Assembly: GCA_031459385.1 (NCBI GenBank)
Contig: JAVKIP010000008.1
Location: 32,001 to 96,000 of the forward strand
DNA length: 64,000 bases
From: Candidatus Fervidifonticultor secundus
GTDB lineage: Bacteria > Sysuimicrobiota > Sysuimicrobiia > Sysuimicrobiales > Humicultoraceae
Direction of reading: 5' to 3'
Part shown: positions 36,072-45,878 of the stretch, piece by piece
Position numbering within the stretch: the stretch's first letter is position 1
Layout of the letters: every line of letters starts with the position of its first letter
Position numbers and translations under genes: made by a program
Notes under the pieces: generated by a model
Databases searched by the model: none
What the model saw: only the letters and a program-made list of their open reading frames with translations
What the model was told of the DNA's origin: nothing

Positions 36072-37114
36072 GGGCGCTCGGCCTCCACCTCGCCGCTCGC
36101 GAAGCCCGGGGGCCGCGCCAGCAGGAGCATCACCAGCACCACGAAGGCAAACAGGTCCTTGAAGCCTGCCAGCGTCACGCCCGCCCAGAGGTTTTCGAGC
36201 ACGCCCAGGATCAGGGCGCCGGCGATCACGCCCTGGAAGCTCACCAGGCCGCCCATGATGGCGGCCACGAAGCCCTTCAGCCCCACCTCCAGGCCCATGT
36301 CGAAGGTGGGCCGCGTGACCGGGCCCACCACGATCCCCGCCACGGCGCCGAGGACCGCGGCCAGCCCGAAGGCCAGCGTGGCCATGACGTCCACCCGGAT
36401 GCCCGCCAGCTGCGCGGCCAGCCGGTTGACGGCGCACGCCCGCATCGCCTTCCCGGTCAGCGTGCGCTCGAAGAACAGGGCCAGCAGGACCACGCAGGCG
36501 CCCGCGGCACCCCAGATCCACAGGCTCTGTGCGCGGATCAGGACGTCGCCGACGAGAAACGACCGGTCGCGCATCTCCAGCGTCGCGAACGCCGGCAGCA
36601 CGTACGGCCGCGGCCCCCACGCCAGCAGCGCCGCACCCTGCAGGACCAGGTACACGCCGACCGTGATCATGATCTTGGTCAGCAGCAGGGCACCGCGCGC
36701 CGGATGCAGGGCCAGCCGGTAGATGGCCACGCCGAGCCCGCCGGTGACCGCGATGGCCGCCAGCGCACTCGCCACCAGCCGGGGTGCCGTCGTGGCGGCC
36801 GAGGAGCCCAGGAACGTGATGGTCAGCATCGGCCCCAGCATGACGAAGGCGCCCTGGGCGAAGTTGATGATGCCCGTGACCCGGTGGACCACCACGAACC
36901 CCAGGGCGACCAGTGCGTAGATGGCGCCGGCCTGCAGGCCGTCTACCGCGAACTGCAGGTAGTCGGCGATCCCAAATCCATGGCGGCGGCCCGCCAGGGT
37001 CAGGGCCGCCGCCAGCAGCAGCGCGGCGCCGGCCAGTGCCCACCCGGGCCGCGGGCGCCACACCGGGCGCAGGCGGTCGCCGAGGGGGAGCACGCGGGCG
37101 GCCGCTTTCTGCAC
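36068..37114 (-). CDS. Liv-type ABC permease (LivH-like)
   Basis: Motifs GAIYALVALG, INFAQG, GKAMRAC and KGFVAAIMGG. Confidence 0.9.
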   Translation of the reverse strand: MQKAAARVLPLGDRLRPVWRPRPGWALAGAALLLAAALTLAGRRHGFGIADYLQFAVDGLQAGAIYALVALGFVVVHRVTGIINFAQGAFVMLGPMLTITFLGSSAATTAPRLVASALAAIAVTGGLGVAIYRLALHPARGALLLTKIMITVGVYLVLQGAALLAWGPRPYVLPAFATLEMRDRSFLVGDVLIRAQSLWIWGAAGACVVLLALFFERTLTGKAMRACAVNRLAAQLAGIRVDVMATLAFGLAAVLGAVAGIVVGPVTRPTFDMGLEVGLKGFVAAIMGGLVSFQGVIAGALILGVLENLWAGVTLAGFKDLFAFVVLVMLLLARPPGFASGEVEAERP

Positions 37115-37118
37115 CGCG

Positions 37119-38339
37119 CTACTTCCACTGCTCCCTGGGCAGGATGACGAACTTCCCGCCCTTCACGGTCACGAAGACGAAGTCGCGGTAGTCGAACCCC
37201 AGGTGGTCCTCCGGGCTCAGCTTGAAGACGCCGTGCGTCCCCCGAATGCTGCCCAGCTTGGTCTCCAGCGCCTCCCGGACCAGGTCCCGCTGTCGCTCCA
37301 GCGGCTGCCGGTCGGGCAGCGTGCGCAGCGCGGCCAGCGCCCACTGCAGCGCGTCGTAGGCGTGCCCCGCGAAGGTGCTGATGGGGGCGCCGCCGGTGTA
37401 GCGCTGGTAGTCGCTGACGAACCGCAGGTTCAGGGGCCGCGTCGGGTCATTTGCCGGCAGCTGGTCGGGCACCAGGATCTTGCCGCACGGCATCACCGTG
37501 CCCTCCGCGGCCTGCCCCGCCGTCTTGATCAGGTCGGGGCTGCAGGCGCCGTGCCCGTGCACGATCCGGATGGCCGGCAGGCGCTCCCGGATCGCTACGT
37601 TGATGAGCGACGCGGCCGGGGGGATGCTGCCGATGACGACGGCCTGGCAGCCGCTGGCCCGGACCCGGGCCACCTGCGGGAACTCGGTCGCCGTCCGCTC
37701 GAACGCGTCGCCGTAGGCGATGCTGATGCCGGCCTTGCCATACACGGCCTCGGCGCTCTGGAACGTGTCCTTCCCGTAGGCTGTGTTCTCCGAGAGATGG
37801 CAGACGCGCCGCGCGCCCACCGCCTGCAGGTAGTCGGCCTGGGCCTGGGCGCTGTGCAGGTTCTCGGGCACCGGCTTGAAGATCCACGGGCGCATGCGCT
37901 TGGTGGCAGGGTCCTCGATGATGCTCCGCGCGGAGGCCATGGAGATCATGGGGGTGCGCCCCTCGGTGGCGATGGGCACCATGGCCAGGCTGGGCCCGCT
38001 GAGCGTTCCGGCCACGAGCACCGTCACCCGCTCCTCGCTGATCAGCCGCCGGGCCAGGCCGGCCGCTACGTCGGCGCTGGACTGATCGTCGAAGATCACG
38101 ATCTCCACGTCGTGGCGCGCCCGGTCGGGCCCCACGATGCCACGCTGCACCGTGAGGCGTTCCTGCAGCATGCGCGCCACGTCGCGCTCAGGCACGCCCA
38201 GGCTGGCCCCCGGGCCGGTCACCGACGCGATGAACCCGATTCGGTAGGGCATGGATGCCCAGGCCCAGGGTCCGGCGGGCGCCAGCGCCGCCGTCGCCGC
38301 CACGGCCACGGTCACGAGCGCGATCCGCATCCGCTTCAT
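37119..38339 (-). CDS. Liv-type ABC substrate-binding protein (aromatic-acid type)
   Basis: Signal peptide, plus SVTGPGASLGVPE, HGACS, FAGHAYDA and SPEDHLG. Divergent from the hpa cluster. Confidence 0.9.
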   Translation of the reverse strand: MKRMRIALVTVAVAATAALAPAGPWAWASMPYRIGFIASVTGPGASLGVPERDVARMLQERLTVQRGIVGPDRARHDVEIVIFDDQSSADVAAGLARRLISEERVTVLVAGTLSGPSLAMVPIATEGRTPMISMASARSIIEDPATKRMRPWIFKPVPENLHSAQAQADYLQAVGARRVCHLSENTAYGKDTFQSAEAVYGKAGISIAYGDAFERTATEFPQVARVRASGCQAVVIGSIPPAASLINVAIRERLPAIRIVHGHGACSPDLIKTAGQAAEGTVMPCGKILVPDQLPANDPTRPLNLRFVSDYQRYTGGAPISTFAGHAYDALQWALAALRTLPDRQPLERQRDLVREALETKLGSIRGTHGVFKLSPEDHLGFDYRDFVFVTVKGGKFVILPREQWK

Positions 38340-38544
38340 CGTGCGCTCCCTCCTTCGTCGTGCGCGTCTGGGGCAGAGGACAACGCCGCCATCTGTCGAA
38401 TCCCCTCTCTTACAAAATTCTCACCGGTGCAGCAACCCACGCATATCGTGGTATTCGGGACGATGACCCCGCAGAACCTTCCAGGCCCCCGGCGGGCCTC
38501 CTGGGCCCGCCACCTGGCCGGTGCCGGGAGGCCCGGCTGACGGA

Positions 38545-39471
38545 ATGCTGCGCGGCTCGCTCGTGCCGCTCGTCACTCCCTTCCGGGCCGGAGGCCTCGA
38601 CGAGACCGCGCTCGCCGGGCTCATCGAGTGGCAGATCGCCTCGGGCAGCCACGGCATCAGCGTGACCGGCAGCACCGGGGAACCTGCCGCGTTGACGCTC
38701 GCCGAGCGCGAGCGGGTCATCGCCCTGGCGGTGGAGACTGCGCGCGGCCGCGTGCCGGTCATCGCCGGCACGGGATCGGCAAACTACGGGGAAACGCTCC
38801 ACCTGACGCGCTTTGCGCGGCGGGCCGGTGCCGACGCCGCGCTGGTGGTCACGCCGTACTATACGCGGCCGGGGCAGGAGGGGCTCTACCGCTACTTCCG
38901 CAGCCTGGCCGAGGCTGTCGATATCCCCATTATCCTGTACAACATTCCCGGCCGCACCGCCACGAACCTGGAGCCGGAGACCACCGCGCGCCTGAGCCGC
39001 GACTGTCCCACCATCGTTGGCATCAAGGAGTCCAACAAAGACCTGGAGCACGTCTGCCGCGTCATGCACCGCTGCGGGCCGACGTTCGCCGTCTACTCGG
39101 GCATCGAGCTGCTCTGCTTCCCGATCCTGGCTCTGGGCGGGGCCGGCTACGTCAGTGCCACCGGCAACGTGCTGCCGCGCGAGGTGGCCCGGCTCTACGA
39201 CCTCGTCACGGCCGGGCAGTGGGAGGAGGCGCGCCGGCTGCACTACCACCTGCTGCCCATGAACGACATCCTGTTCATCGAGACGAACCCAGTGCCCGTG
39301 AAGGCGGCGCTGGCGCTGATGGGCCGCGCAAGTGCCGAGGTGCGCCCGCCCCACGCGCCGCTGCGACCCGAGCACGAGGCCAGGCTGCGCGAGGTGATGG
39401 CCGGCTACGGCCTGCTCCCCGAGGGCCGCGCCCAGGCGCCGACCACAGTCCCGGCACCGGGCGCCTCCTGA
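38545..39471 (+). CDS. hpaI: DapA-fold 2,4-dihydroxyhept-2-ene-1,7-dioate aldolase
   Basis: DapA-family motifs GSTGE, YNIPGRT, GIKES and ETNP, plus YSGIELLCFP. First gene of the hpa cluster. Confidence 0.8.
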   Translation: MLRGSLVPLVTPFRAGGLDETALAGLIEWQIASGSHGISVTGSTGEPAALTLAERERVIALAVETARGRVPVIAGTGSANYGETLHLTRFARRAGADAALVVTPYYTRPGQEGLYRYFRSLAEAVDIPIILYNIPGRTATNLEPETTARLSRDCPTIVGIKESNKDLEHVCRVMHRCGPTFAVYSGIELLCFPILALGGAGYVSATGNVLPREVARLYDLVTAGQWEEARRLHYHLLPMNDILFIETNPVPVKAALALMGRASAEVRPPHAPLRPEHEARLREVMAGYGLLPEGRAQAPTTVPAPGAS

Positions 39472-39492
39472 GGACGCCGGAGGAAGCTGGCG

Positions 39493-40275
39493 ATGCGCCG
39501 GTGCCGCTTCATCGCCGACGGCCGCGTGCACCGCGGGTGGCTGGAGGGCGCCGCAGTCCGCGACGAGCGCGGCCGCGTGCACGCGCCTGACGCCTGCACC
39601 TGGCTGCCGCCGGTGGCGCCGTCCAAGATCGTCGGCTTCGCGCTCACCTACCGCGACCACGCCGCCGAACTCGCGGTCGCAGCGCCCGAGGAGCCCGCAG
39701 TCTTCTTCAAGCCGCCCTCGAGCCTGGTTGGCCACGGGGCGCCCGTCGTCTCCCCGCCGGGGGTGACCTACCTGCACTACGAGGCCGAGCTGGCTGTGGT
39801 CATCGGCCGGCGCTGTCGGGGCGTCCGGCCGGAGGCTGCGCCCGAGGTCGTGCGCGGCTACACCATCGCCAACGACGTCACGGCGCGAGACTTCATCCGG
39901 AACTTCTTCCGGCCGCCGGTGCGCGCCAAGGGGTGGGATACCTTCTGCCCGCTGGGCCCAACCCTGGTGGAGGGCGAGATCGCCGATCCGCACCGCCTCG
40001 GCCTACGGGCCTACGTCAACGGCGAGCTGCGCCAGCAGGGGACCACCGCGGACCTGGCGGTCTCGATCTGGGAGCAGATCGCCTTCGTCTCGGCGTTCAT
40101 GACCCTGGAGCCGGACGATGTGATCCTGACGGGCACGCCCAGGGGCATCTCGCCCGTCCGGCCGGGCGACCGCATGCGTATCGAGATCGACGGCCTCGGC
40201 GCGCTGGAGAACCCCGTGGTCGACGGCACGGCCCACGACCGCCGGGCGGCGTCGGTGGCTTCCGAGGAGGGCTAG
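39493..40275 (+). CDS. hpaG: FAH-family isomerase/decarboxylase (HpaG C-terminal type)
   Basis: Motifs FFKP, LHYEAELAVVIG, ANDVT, NFFRPPVRAKGWDTF and LTGTP. Confidence 0.85.
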   Translation: MRRCRFIADGRVHRGWLEGAAVRDERGRVHAPDACTWLPPVAPSKIVGFALTYRDHAAELAVAAPEEPAVFFKPPSSLVGHGAPVVSPPGVTYLHYEAELAVVIGRRCRGVRPEAAPEVVRGYTIANDVTARDFIRNFFRPPVRAKGWDTFCPLGPTLVEGEIADPHRLGLRAYVNGELRQQGTTADLAVSIWEQIAFVSAFMTLEPDDVILTGTPRGISPVRPGDRMRIEIDGLGALENPVVDGTAHDRRAASVASEEG

Positions 40276-40281
40276 CGACCC

Positions 40282-41802
40282 ATGGGCGCGAGAACCGGGC
40301 AGCAGTACCTGGACGGCCTCCGGGCCCGTCCCCCGGAGCTGTGGATCGGCGGGGCGCGGGTGGCGGACCCGACGACCCACCCGGCGTTCCGGCGCGTCAC
40401 CCGCAGCGTGGCCGCCCTGTACGACATGCAGCACGAGCCGGCGCTGCGCGAAGAGATGACGTACATCTCGCCCTCCTCCGGCGAGCGTGTGGGGCTCTCG
40501 TTCCTCACGCCGCGCAGCCCCGAGGACCTGGTGCGCGTGCGCCGCATGATGAAGCGCTGGGCCGACTACTCCGGCGGCATGATGGGGCGGTCGCCCGACT
40601 ACCTGAACCGCGCGCTCATGGCATTCGCCGCCGCCGCGGACTACTGCGCGGCCAACGACCCGCGGTTCGGCGAGAACATCCGGCGCTACTACGAGCACGT
40701 GCGCGAGCGCGACCTGTGCCTGACGCATACCCTGATCAACCCCCAGGCGAACCGCTCGGTGGGGCCGGCCCGCCAGGCCGACCCGTACCTGGCTGCAGGG
40801 ATCGTCCGGGAGACCGCCGACGGCGTGGTCATCCGCGGCGCGCGGATGCTGGCCACGCTGCCGGTGGCCGACGAGATCATGGTCTTCCCTTCGACGCTGC
40901 TGCGCAGCGGGCAGGAGGACGCCCCGTATGCCTTTGCCTTCGCGCTCCCCTGTGCCACCCCGGGCCTGCGCTTCCTCTGCCGCGAGTCGTTCGACTACGG
41001 GCGCCCGCCCGTCGATCACCCGCTGAGCAGCCGGTTCGAGGAGATGGACGCCGTCGTGATCTTCGACGACGTGCTCGTGCCCTGGGAGCGGGTCTTCCTC
41101 CTGCGCGACGTCGAGCGGTGCAATCGCGCCTTCGCCGAGACGCGGGCGGTGGTCCACATGGCCCACCAGGTGGTCACGAAGAACGTGGCCAAGACCGAGT
41201 TCGTCCTGGGCGTGATCTGCCTGATCGTGGAGACGATCGCCATCGAGCAGTTCCAGCACGTGCAGGAGAAGGTGGCCGAGGTGATCCACTCCCTGGAGGC
41301 GATGCGTGCGTTCCTGCGCGCCGCGGAGGCCGACGCGGCCGTGGACCGGTGGGGAGTCATGACGCCCGCGTGGCCGCCGCTGGACGCGGCGCGGCAGCTC
41401 TACACCCGCCTCTACCCCCGCATGATCGAGATCGTCCAGCTGCTGGGTGCCAGCGGCCTGATGGCCATTCCCACCCGCGACGACGTGGAGGGGCCCCAGG
41501 CGGCGACCATCGAGCGGTTCTACCAGGCCGCCCGCGCGGACGCACGCGCGCGCATCGGACTGTTTCGGCTGGCCTGGGATCTGGCCGTCTCGGCGTTCGG
41601 CAGCCGGCAGGTCCTCTACGAACGGTTCTTCTTCGGCGATCCCGTGCGCATGGCCGGCGTGACGTTTGCCAACTACGACAAGACCCCGTACATCGAGCGC
41701 GTGCGCCAGTTCCTGGCGCGCGCGGACGCCGAGCGGGCGGGCTCGGCCGAGGTGGCCGTGCCTGCGGGAGGAGCGTCCGCCCCGGCCGGGGAGCGGCCGT
41801 GA
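40282..41802 (+). CDS. hpaB: 4-hydroxyphenylacetate 3-monooxygenase, oxygenase component
   Basis: Motifs ARTGQQYL, GMMGRSPDYLN, HTLINPQ, HPLSSRFEEMDA and RQVLYERFFFGDP. Confidence 0.95.
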   Translation: MGARTGQQYLDGLRARPPELWIGGARVADPTTHPAFRRVTRSVAALYDMQHEPALREEMTYISPSSGERVGLSFLTPRSPEDLVRVRRMMKRWADYSGGMMGRSPDYLNRALMAFAAAADYCAANDPRFGENIRRYYEHVRERDLCLTHTLINPQANRSVGPARQADPYLAAGIVRETADGVVIRGARMLATLPVADEIMVFPSTLLRSGQEDAPYAFAFALPCATPGLRFLCRESFDYGRPPVDHPLSSRFEEMDAVVIFDDVLVPWERVFLLRDVERCNRAFAETRAVVHMAHQVVTKNVAKTEFVLGVICLIVETIAIEQFQHVQEKVAEVIHSLEAMRAFLRAAEADAAVDRWGVMTPAWPPLDAARQLYTRLYPRMIEIVQLLGASGLMAIPTRDDVEGPQAATIERFYQAARADARARIGLFRLAWDLAVSAFGSRQVLYERFFFGDPVRMAGVTFANYDKTPYIERVRQFLARADAERAGSAEVAVPAGGASAPAGERP

Positions 41803-42440
41803 GCGCCGATTCCCCGCGCGCGCCCGCACCGCCGGCCGCCGGCGAGCAGCCCCTGGACGCCCGCGCCTTCCGCCGGACGATGGGGCTGTTCGCCACCGGA
41901 GTGACGGTGGTCGCGGTCGAGACCGACGGCGGCCCGCTGGGCATGACGGCCAACAGCGTCACGGCCGTCTCGCTCGACCCCCTGCTGGTGCTCTTCTGCG
42001 TGGACCACCGCGCGCGCCTGCACGCCCACATGTCGGAGGGCCGGCGCTTCGCCATCAGCATCCTGCGCGACGACCAGGAGGTCCTGTCGCGCTACTTCGG
42101 CGGCGGCTGGCGGGACCACCCGGCGCCGGAGTACCGGTTCGAGGCGTGGGACGGCGCGCCGCGGCTCGTCGGCGCGCTGGCCGCGATCCGGTGCGAGGTG
42201 GCGCGGTTGTACGAGGGGGGCGATCACACCATCGTGGTGGGGCGCGTCACCGGCCTCTACGAGGGCTGCGACCCGCACCGCCCGTTGCTCTTCTTCGCAG
42301 GGCGCTACCGGCGCCTGGCACCGCTGGTGGCGCCTGCGATGCCGCCCGAGCAGTGGGGGCCCGACGGCGTTTCGATCTACTACGAGGAGTGGAGCGCCCA
42401 GCGGCCGGCCCCGCGGCTCGATCCGGAGGCGTCGGCGTGA
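41799..42440 (+). CDS. hpaC: Flavin reductase component
   Basis: Motifs FRRTMGLFATGVTVV, VSLDPLLV and GGDHTI. Confidence 0.9.
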   Translation: MSADSPRAPAPPAAGEQPLDARAFRRTMGLFATGVTVVAVETDGGPLGMTANSVTAVSLDPLLVLFCVDHRARLHAHMSEGRRFAISILRDDQEVLSRYFGGGWRDHPAPEYRFEAWDGAPRLVGALAAIRCEVARLYEGGDHTIVVGRVTGLYEGCDPHRPLLFFAGRYRRLAPLVAPAMPPEQWGPDGVSIYYEEWSAQRPAPRLDPEASA

Positions 42441-43426
42441 GCGCGCCGGCGATCCTTCGCGCGGGCCACGCGGCGTTCCGCACGACCGATCTGGGCCGCG
42501 CGCGGGCGTTCTACGTCGACCTGCTGGGGTTCGTCGAGACCGCGCGCGAGCGCGAGGCGCTCTACCTGCGCGGCTACGAGGAGACCGAGCACCACAGCCT
42601 GGTCCTGCAGCGAGCCGCGACGCCGGGCGCCTCGCACCTGGCGTTCAAAGTGGCGTCCCCGGAGGATCTCGAGCGGCTGTACGTCCTGTGCCGCGACGCT
42701 GGCCTGCCGCACCGGTGGGTCGCAGACGACGAGGAACCCGGGCAGGGGCGGGCGCTGCGGGTCCAGGACCCGGGAGGCCTGCCCGTGGAGTTCTACGCGT
42801 CCATGACGCGCACCGAGCGCCTGCTGCAGCGCTTCGACCTGTACCGCGGCGCCCGTGTGATGCGCCTCGATCACTTCAACTGCCAGGTGCCCGACGTCGC
42901 GGGCCTGTCGCGCTGGTACATGGAGACCTGGGGCTTCCGCTGCTCGGAGTACACCGAGACCGACGAGACGCCCCCGCGCCTGTGGGCGGTCTGGCTCCAC
43001 CGGAAGCACAACGTCCACGATATGGCGCTGATGACCGGCGCCGGTCCACGGGTGCACCACGCCGGCTTCTGGATGGCGGAGGCGCTGGACGTGATCCGCG
43101 CGTGCGACCTGCTGGCGGGCGCCGGATGGCAGGAGGCGATCGAGCGCGGCCCCGGCCGCCACGGGATCTCCAATGCGTTCTTCCTCTACCTCCGTGACCC
43201 CGACGGCAATCGGATCGAGCTGTACACCGGCGACTACCTCACCACCGATCCGGACCGGCCTCCGCTGCGCTGGAGCCTGAACGATCCCCGGCGGGCCACG
43301 TTCTGGGGCCACGCGCCCCCGCGGTCGTGGTTCGACGAGGCGTCGCCGGTCGAGTCGGTTGCCACGGGCGCGCTGCTGCCCGTGCGGGTGCCGGCGATGC
43401 AGGACCGGCCCGAGTTCGTTACGTAG
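42437..43426 (+). CDS. hpaD: 3,4-dihydroxyphenylacetate 2,3-dioxygenase (VOC family)
   Basis: Motifs RLDHFN, VHDMAL, HH, ERGPGRHGISNAFFLYLRDPDGNRIELY and RRATFWG. Confidence 0.95.
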   Translation: MSAPAILRAGHAAFRTTDLGRARAFYVDLLGFVETAREREALYLRGYEETEHHSLVLQRAATPGASHLAFKVASPEDLERLYVLCRDAGLPHRWVADDEEPGQGRALRVQDPGGLPVEFYASMTRTERLLQRFDLYRGARVMRLDHFNCQVPDVAGLSRWYMETWGFRCSEYTETDETPPRLWAVWLHRKHNVHDMALMTGAGPRVHHAGFWMAEALDVIRACDLLAGAGWQEAIERGPGRHGISNAFFLYLRDPDGNRIELYTGDYLTTDPDRPPLRWSLNDPRRATFWGHAPPRSWFDEASPVESVATGALLPVRVPAMQDRPEFVT

Positions 43427-43526
43427 GGTTGCCCGCGCGCTCGACCGGCGGCTCCCGGGGAAACGGGCACGGCGCAGGCGTCGACCCGGACGTGCGGGCG
43501 ATGGCGCGGTGCTGGAGGGGATGCCC

Positions 43527-45878
43527 CTACCTGGCCTCGGTCGCCCTCACTGCCCGGCGCGGTCGTTCCGCGTCCTGGAGGATCGTGCTGCGTCGGCTCA
43601 GGACCACCGCGCCGACGACGAGCGCGAGCGCGACGACGACCACGGCAAGACGCGCGAGACCGGGGAGGGGACGGATGACGACCGGCGCGATGAGGATTGC
43701 CACCAGGTTCATGACCTTGATCATCGGGTTCAGCGCCGGGCCTGCCGTGTCTTTGAGTGGATCTCCGACAGTATCCCCGATGACCCCGGCCTTGTGGGCA
43801 TCACTGCCCTTGCCCCCCAGGTAGCCATCCTCGATCTTCTTCTTGGCGTTATCCCAGGCGCCGCCGGTATTGGCCATGAAGACGGCCAGCAGCTGTGCGG
43901 TGAGGATGGCCCCGGCCAGGTAGGCCCCCAGGGCGCCGGCACCCAGGCCGAAGCCGACGAAGATGGGTACGCCGATCGCGATGATCCCGGGACCGAGTAA
44001 CTCCCGCTGGGCCGCCCGGGTCACGATGTCCACGCTGCGGGAGTAGTCCGGGCGCGCCTTCCCCTCCAGCAGCCCGGGGATCTCCCGGAACTGCCGGCGT
44101 ACCTCCTCCACGACCAGGAACGCGGACCGGCCGACGGCCCGGATGAGGAACGCGGAGACGAGGAACGGCACGGCGCCGCCGATCAGCAGGCCGATGAAGA
44201 CCAGCGGCAGGTTCACCTGGATGCCGACGTGGGACAGCAGGTCCCCGGCGCGATCGGCGCTGGCCGCTTGCAGCTCCTGCACCGTGACGAAGAGGCGCGC
44301 TTCGTCGATGAACGACCGAAACAGCGCGATCGCGGCGACCACCGCGGTGGCGATCGCGAACCCCTTGGTGAGCGCCTTGGTCGTGTTGCCGATCTGGTCC
44401 AGCCGCGCCACGATGCGGCCGGCCAGTGAGCCGCCCCGCTCGACGCCCGACATCTCGAAGATGCCGTTGGCGTTGTCCACGATCGGGCCGAAGGTGTCTT
44501 CTGCCAGGATGAACCCTGTCGTCGTGAGCAAGCCGAGGCCGGCCAGCGCGACGCCATAGGCCGCCAGCGCCACGCTGCCGCCGAAGATCGTGAACGACGC
44601 CACCAGCGTGACGGCGATGGCCAGGATGGCCCACACGGTGCTCTCCAGCCCGGCGCCCAACCCGGTGAGCAGCATCGTCGCTGGTCCGGTCTTGGTCGAG
44701 TAGGCGATCTCCGTCACCGGGCCGCGATCCGGATGGGTGAACAGCTCCGTCAACCAGCCGATGCCCAGGGCGAGGAGGATGCCGGTCAGCGTGGCGAGGA
44801 AGAAGCGGAAGTCCGGCATGCCGGTCTGGGGGTCCTTCAGGTAGAAGACGTTCACCAGCCCGAAGCCGGCCACGGAGAGGCCCGCCGCCGTCCAGAAGCC
44901 GACGTTGATGGGCCGCATCGGGTCACCGAGTTCCTCATCCCGGGCGCGCACCACCCAGGTCCCGATGAGCGAGCCGAAGACCCCGATGGCGCGCACCAGC
45001 AGCGGGTAGATGATCAGCTTCAGGGCGAAGCCGCCGGCGGCGGCGATTCCCCCATAGCGGGCGACGAAGGCCGGGTCGAGCAGCGTGGCGGCGCCGAGGA
45101 TGATCGCCGCCACCAGCGTCACCTCGTAGCTCTCGAAGACATCGGCGGCCATGCCGGCGCAGTCGCCGACGTTGTCGCCCACGTTGTCCGCGATGACGGC
45201 GGCGTTGCGCGGGTCGTCTTCGGGAATTCCGACCTCCACCTTGCCCACCAGGTCGGCGCCGACGTCCGCCGCCTTGGTGTAGATACCGCCGCCGACGCGC
45301 ATGAACGCCGCGACGAGCGAGCCGCCGAAGCCGAAACCCACCAGCACGCGCATCGCGTTCTCGCGGAACAGCATGAACATGATCGTCGCTCCCAGCAGGC
45401 CCAGCCCCACGGTGAACATCCCCGAGATCGTGCCCGCCTGGAAGGCGATCTGCAGGGCCTCGCGGTAGCTGCGCCGGGCAGCGTTCGCCACCCGAACGTT
45501 GCCGTGCACGGCCGAGGTCATCCCCACGTACCCGGCCCCGTAGCTGGCGACGCAGCCCAGCAGGAACGCCGCAGCGATACCAAGGGCCAGCTGCGGGCGG
45601 TCAGTGTAGATCGGCCGGTACAGCACGTAGAGTCCCACGGTCACGGCGATGATGAACAGCAGCATCGTCCGCAGCTGTCGGGTGAGGTAGGCCATCGCGC
45701 CTTCCTGGATCGCACTGGCGACTGCGACCATCGACGCCGGACCCGGGTCGCGGCTGAGTACCCGTCGCCGCAGGTACCAGCCGTATCCCAGCGCGAGGAT
45801 ACTGCTGGCCAGCACCAGCCAGAGCAGGAGCGTTTCCTGGGCGCCAAACTCAGGGAGTGTGATCGTCGCCTCGCTCAT
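43527..45878 (-). CDS. hppA: Membrane-bound ion-translocating pyrophosphatase, K+-independent signature
   Basis: Motifs GGGIYTKAADVGADLVGKVE, DNVGDNVGD, GNTTKA (Lys form), GGAWDNAKK and GDTVGDPLKDTAGP. RBS GGAGG lies before ATG 45878. Confidence 0.95.
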   Translation of the reverse strand: MSEATITLPEFGAQETLLLWLVLASSILALGYGWYLRRRVLSRDPGPASMVAVASAIQEGAMAYLTRQLRTMLLFIIAVTVGLYVLYRPIYTDRPQLALGIAAAFLLGCVASYGAGYVGMTSAVHGNVRVANAARRSYREALQIAFQAGTISGMFTVGLGLLGATIMFMLFRENAMRVLVGFGFGGSLVAAFMRVGGGIYTKAADVGADLVGKVEVGIPEDDPRNAAVIADNVGDNVGDCAGMAADVFESYEVTLVAAIILGAATLLDPAFVARYGGIAAAGGFALKLIIYPLLVRAIGVFGSLIGTWVVRARDEELGDPMRPINVGFWTAAGLSVAGFGLVNVFYLKDPQTGMPDFRFFLATLTGILLALGIGWLTELFTHPDRGPVTEIAYSTKTGPATMLLTGLGAGLESTVWAILAIAVTLVASFTIFGGSVALAAYGVALAGLGLLTTTGFILAEDTFGPIVDNANGIFEMSGVERGGSLAGRIVARLDQIGNTTKALTKGFAIATAVVAAIALFRSFIDEARLFVTVQELQAASADRAGDLLSHVGIQVNLPLVFIGLLIGGAVPFLVSAFLIRAVGRSAFLVVEEVRRQFREIPGLLEGKARPDYSRSVDIVTRAAQRELLGPGIIAIGVPIFVGFGLGAGALGAYLAGAILTAQLLAVFMANTGGAWDNAKKKIEDGYLGGKGSDAHKAGVIGDTVGDPLKDTAGPALNPMIKVMNLVAILIAPVVIRPLPGLARLAVVVVALALVVGAVVLSRRSTILQDAERPRRAVRATEAR

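Noticed and set aside
38545..39471. dapA (lysine biosynthesis)
   Set aside because: Its position at the head of hpaG-hpaB-hpaC-hpaD indicates the DapA-fold HpaI aldolase.
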